DNA of 63,788 nt, the filler included, from Chiloscyllium plagiosum (taxonomy: Eukaryota): the NCBI RefSeq assembly GCF_004010195.1. It is 4 parts of one record of this genome, joined end to end, with 100 filler letters (N's around TTAATTAATTAA, not from the genome) between each part and the next. Parts side by side here need not be neighbours in the genome. Positions count along the whole stretch, not along the records: positions 55,395 to 63,788 come from NC_057714.1; 3 more parts are not named here. One strand, given 5' to 3'. The translations under genes were made by a program, and so were the position numbers. Below are positions 62,791 through 63,788 of this stretch, piece by piece; position 1 is the first letter of the stretch, and every line of letters begins with the position of its first letter. Under the pieces are notes generated by a model that made no database searches, had not been told where the DNA came from, and saw only the letters and a list, made by a program, of their open reading frames with translations.

Positions 62791-63599
62791 TTTTGTGACT
62801 GTTGACAGCAGAGTTGCAGAAACTGCCAAATATGTAACATGTGGCTGTACCACAGAATCCAAATCTAAAACACCAGAGAGGACATAATCGTCACAGCATA
62901 GCAAAGAACGGACGAGGAGAACAAAATGGTAACACAGATACGGCACAAACACTGCTGTTATCCGACCTACAGCACAGACAGAACAAAAACCTTGCCTTAA
63001 ATTCCAAATATTTTTAAGCCTGCTCGCTATTTTAAATCTTTACTGGAGGGAATTTAAAGAAACTTATAAAAGGAATATTACTCAATTGAAATGGAACTCA
63101 TTTGTGTTTGCCTCAACCTCACACATACACACAAGTGCACGCTCAGCTTAGTTCTGGAGCCTAAGATAAGAATAGATTTTCTGCTATACAGTGCACACTA
63201 ATCTTCTTAATGGAGAATGCATTCCTTTTGCTGGATTCAACAAGAGGGATTACAAGCTGCAGGAGCCTGAGTTTAACTGTTGTATTCTGACTACTGAAAG
63301 AAATTTGAAAGGGTGAAGGGGAAGCTGAAGGGTTCTAGCATTTTACAGAATGTAGGGACGAAATAGAGACTCTTTCCTCAGTCCTCAAAAAAGGAAATGA
63401 TTTGTAAAATTACATTCCAGTGTAATCGCGAATGTCAGTCTCCAATTCTTCACCTTTTTAATTCTTCACCTATTTACCTTTGGTTAATGACTGACTGAGA
63501 AACTAGGAAGGCAGTAAACAGTTAAGTGCTATAACCACACAATGCAGAAGAAATTTACAAAATGGCTCCAGTGTGAGGATAGACTGAAGCTATTGGGAC

Positions 63600-63788
63600 T
63601 GGATTAGAGTGGTGCTGGAAAAGCACAGCAGTTCAGGCAACATCTGAGGAGCAGGAAAAATGACATTTCAGGCAAAAGCCCTTCATCAGGAATAGAGGCA
63701 GGGTGCCTGTAGAGTGGAGAGATAAATGAGAGGAGGGTGGGGGTGGGTAGAAAGTAGCAGAGAGTACAATAGGTGAATGGGGGTGGGG
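63600..63788 (-). mobile_element. PLE terminal repeat with hammerhead core (63662-63689), truncated by the window end
   Basis: Minus strand CUGAUGA-AGGGC-UUUU-GCCU-GAAAU-GUC; same family as 50270-50565. Confidence 0.7.

Noticed and set aside
1..63788. CRISPR arrays, prokaryotic operons/defence systems, or an intact autonomous retroelement
   Set aside because: No regularly spaced repeat-spacer array; the DNA is vertebrate; every RT ORF seen is truncated, frameshifted or gapped.

Overview
Vertebrate (not prokaryotic) genomic DNA. The repeat families (CR1 LINEs, HE1-like tRNA SINEs, Deu-domain SINEs, Penelope-like elements) point to an elasmobranch, probably a carpet or bamboo shark (inference). 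The only host protein-coding sequence I can support is three consecutive internal exons of DLEC1/CFAP81 on the minus strand (14353-14526, 9787-9923, 893-985), which splice in frame. I could not find the upstream DLEC1 exons in the remaining ~49 kb, which holds an unexplained CpG-island-like promoter at ~24.5-25.15 kb. Most of the rest is decayed retroelements: many CR1 fragments, a second CR1/L2-clade LINE family, solo LTRs, SINEs, and at least three Penelope-like (PLE) lineages with 10-15 bp target-site duplications (TSDs). PLE terminal repeats carry minimal hammerhead ribozyme cores (CUGANGA...GAAAC-GUC). They also appear as ~90-460 bp non-autonomous units, several forming long fold-back hairpins. 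There are six assembly gaps; three are artificial 44N-TTAATTAATTAA-44N spacers. Repeat boundaries without TSDs are approximate (tens of bp).
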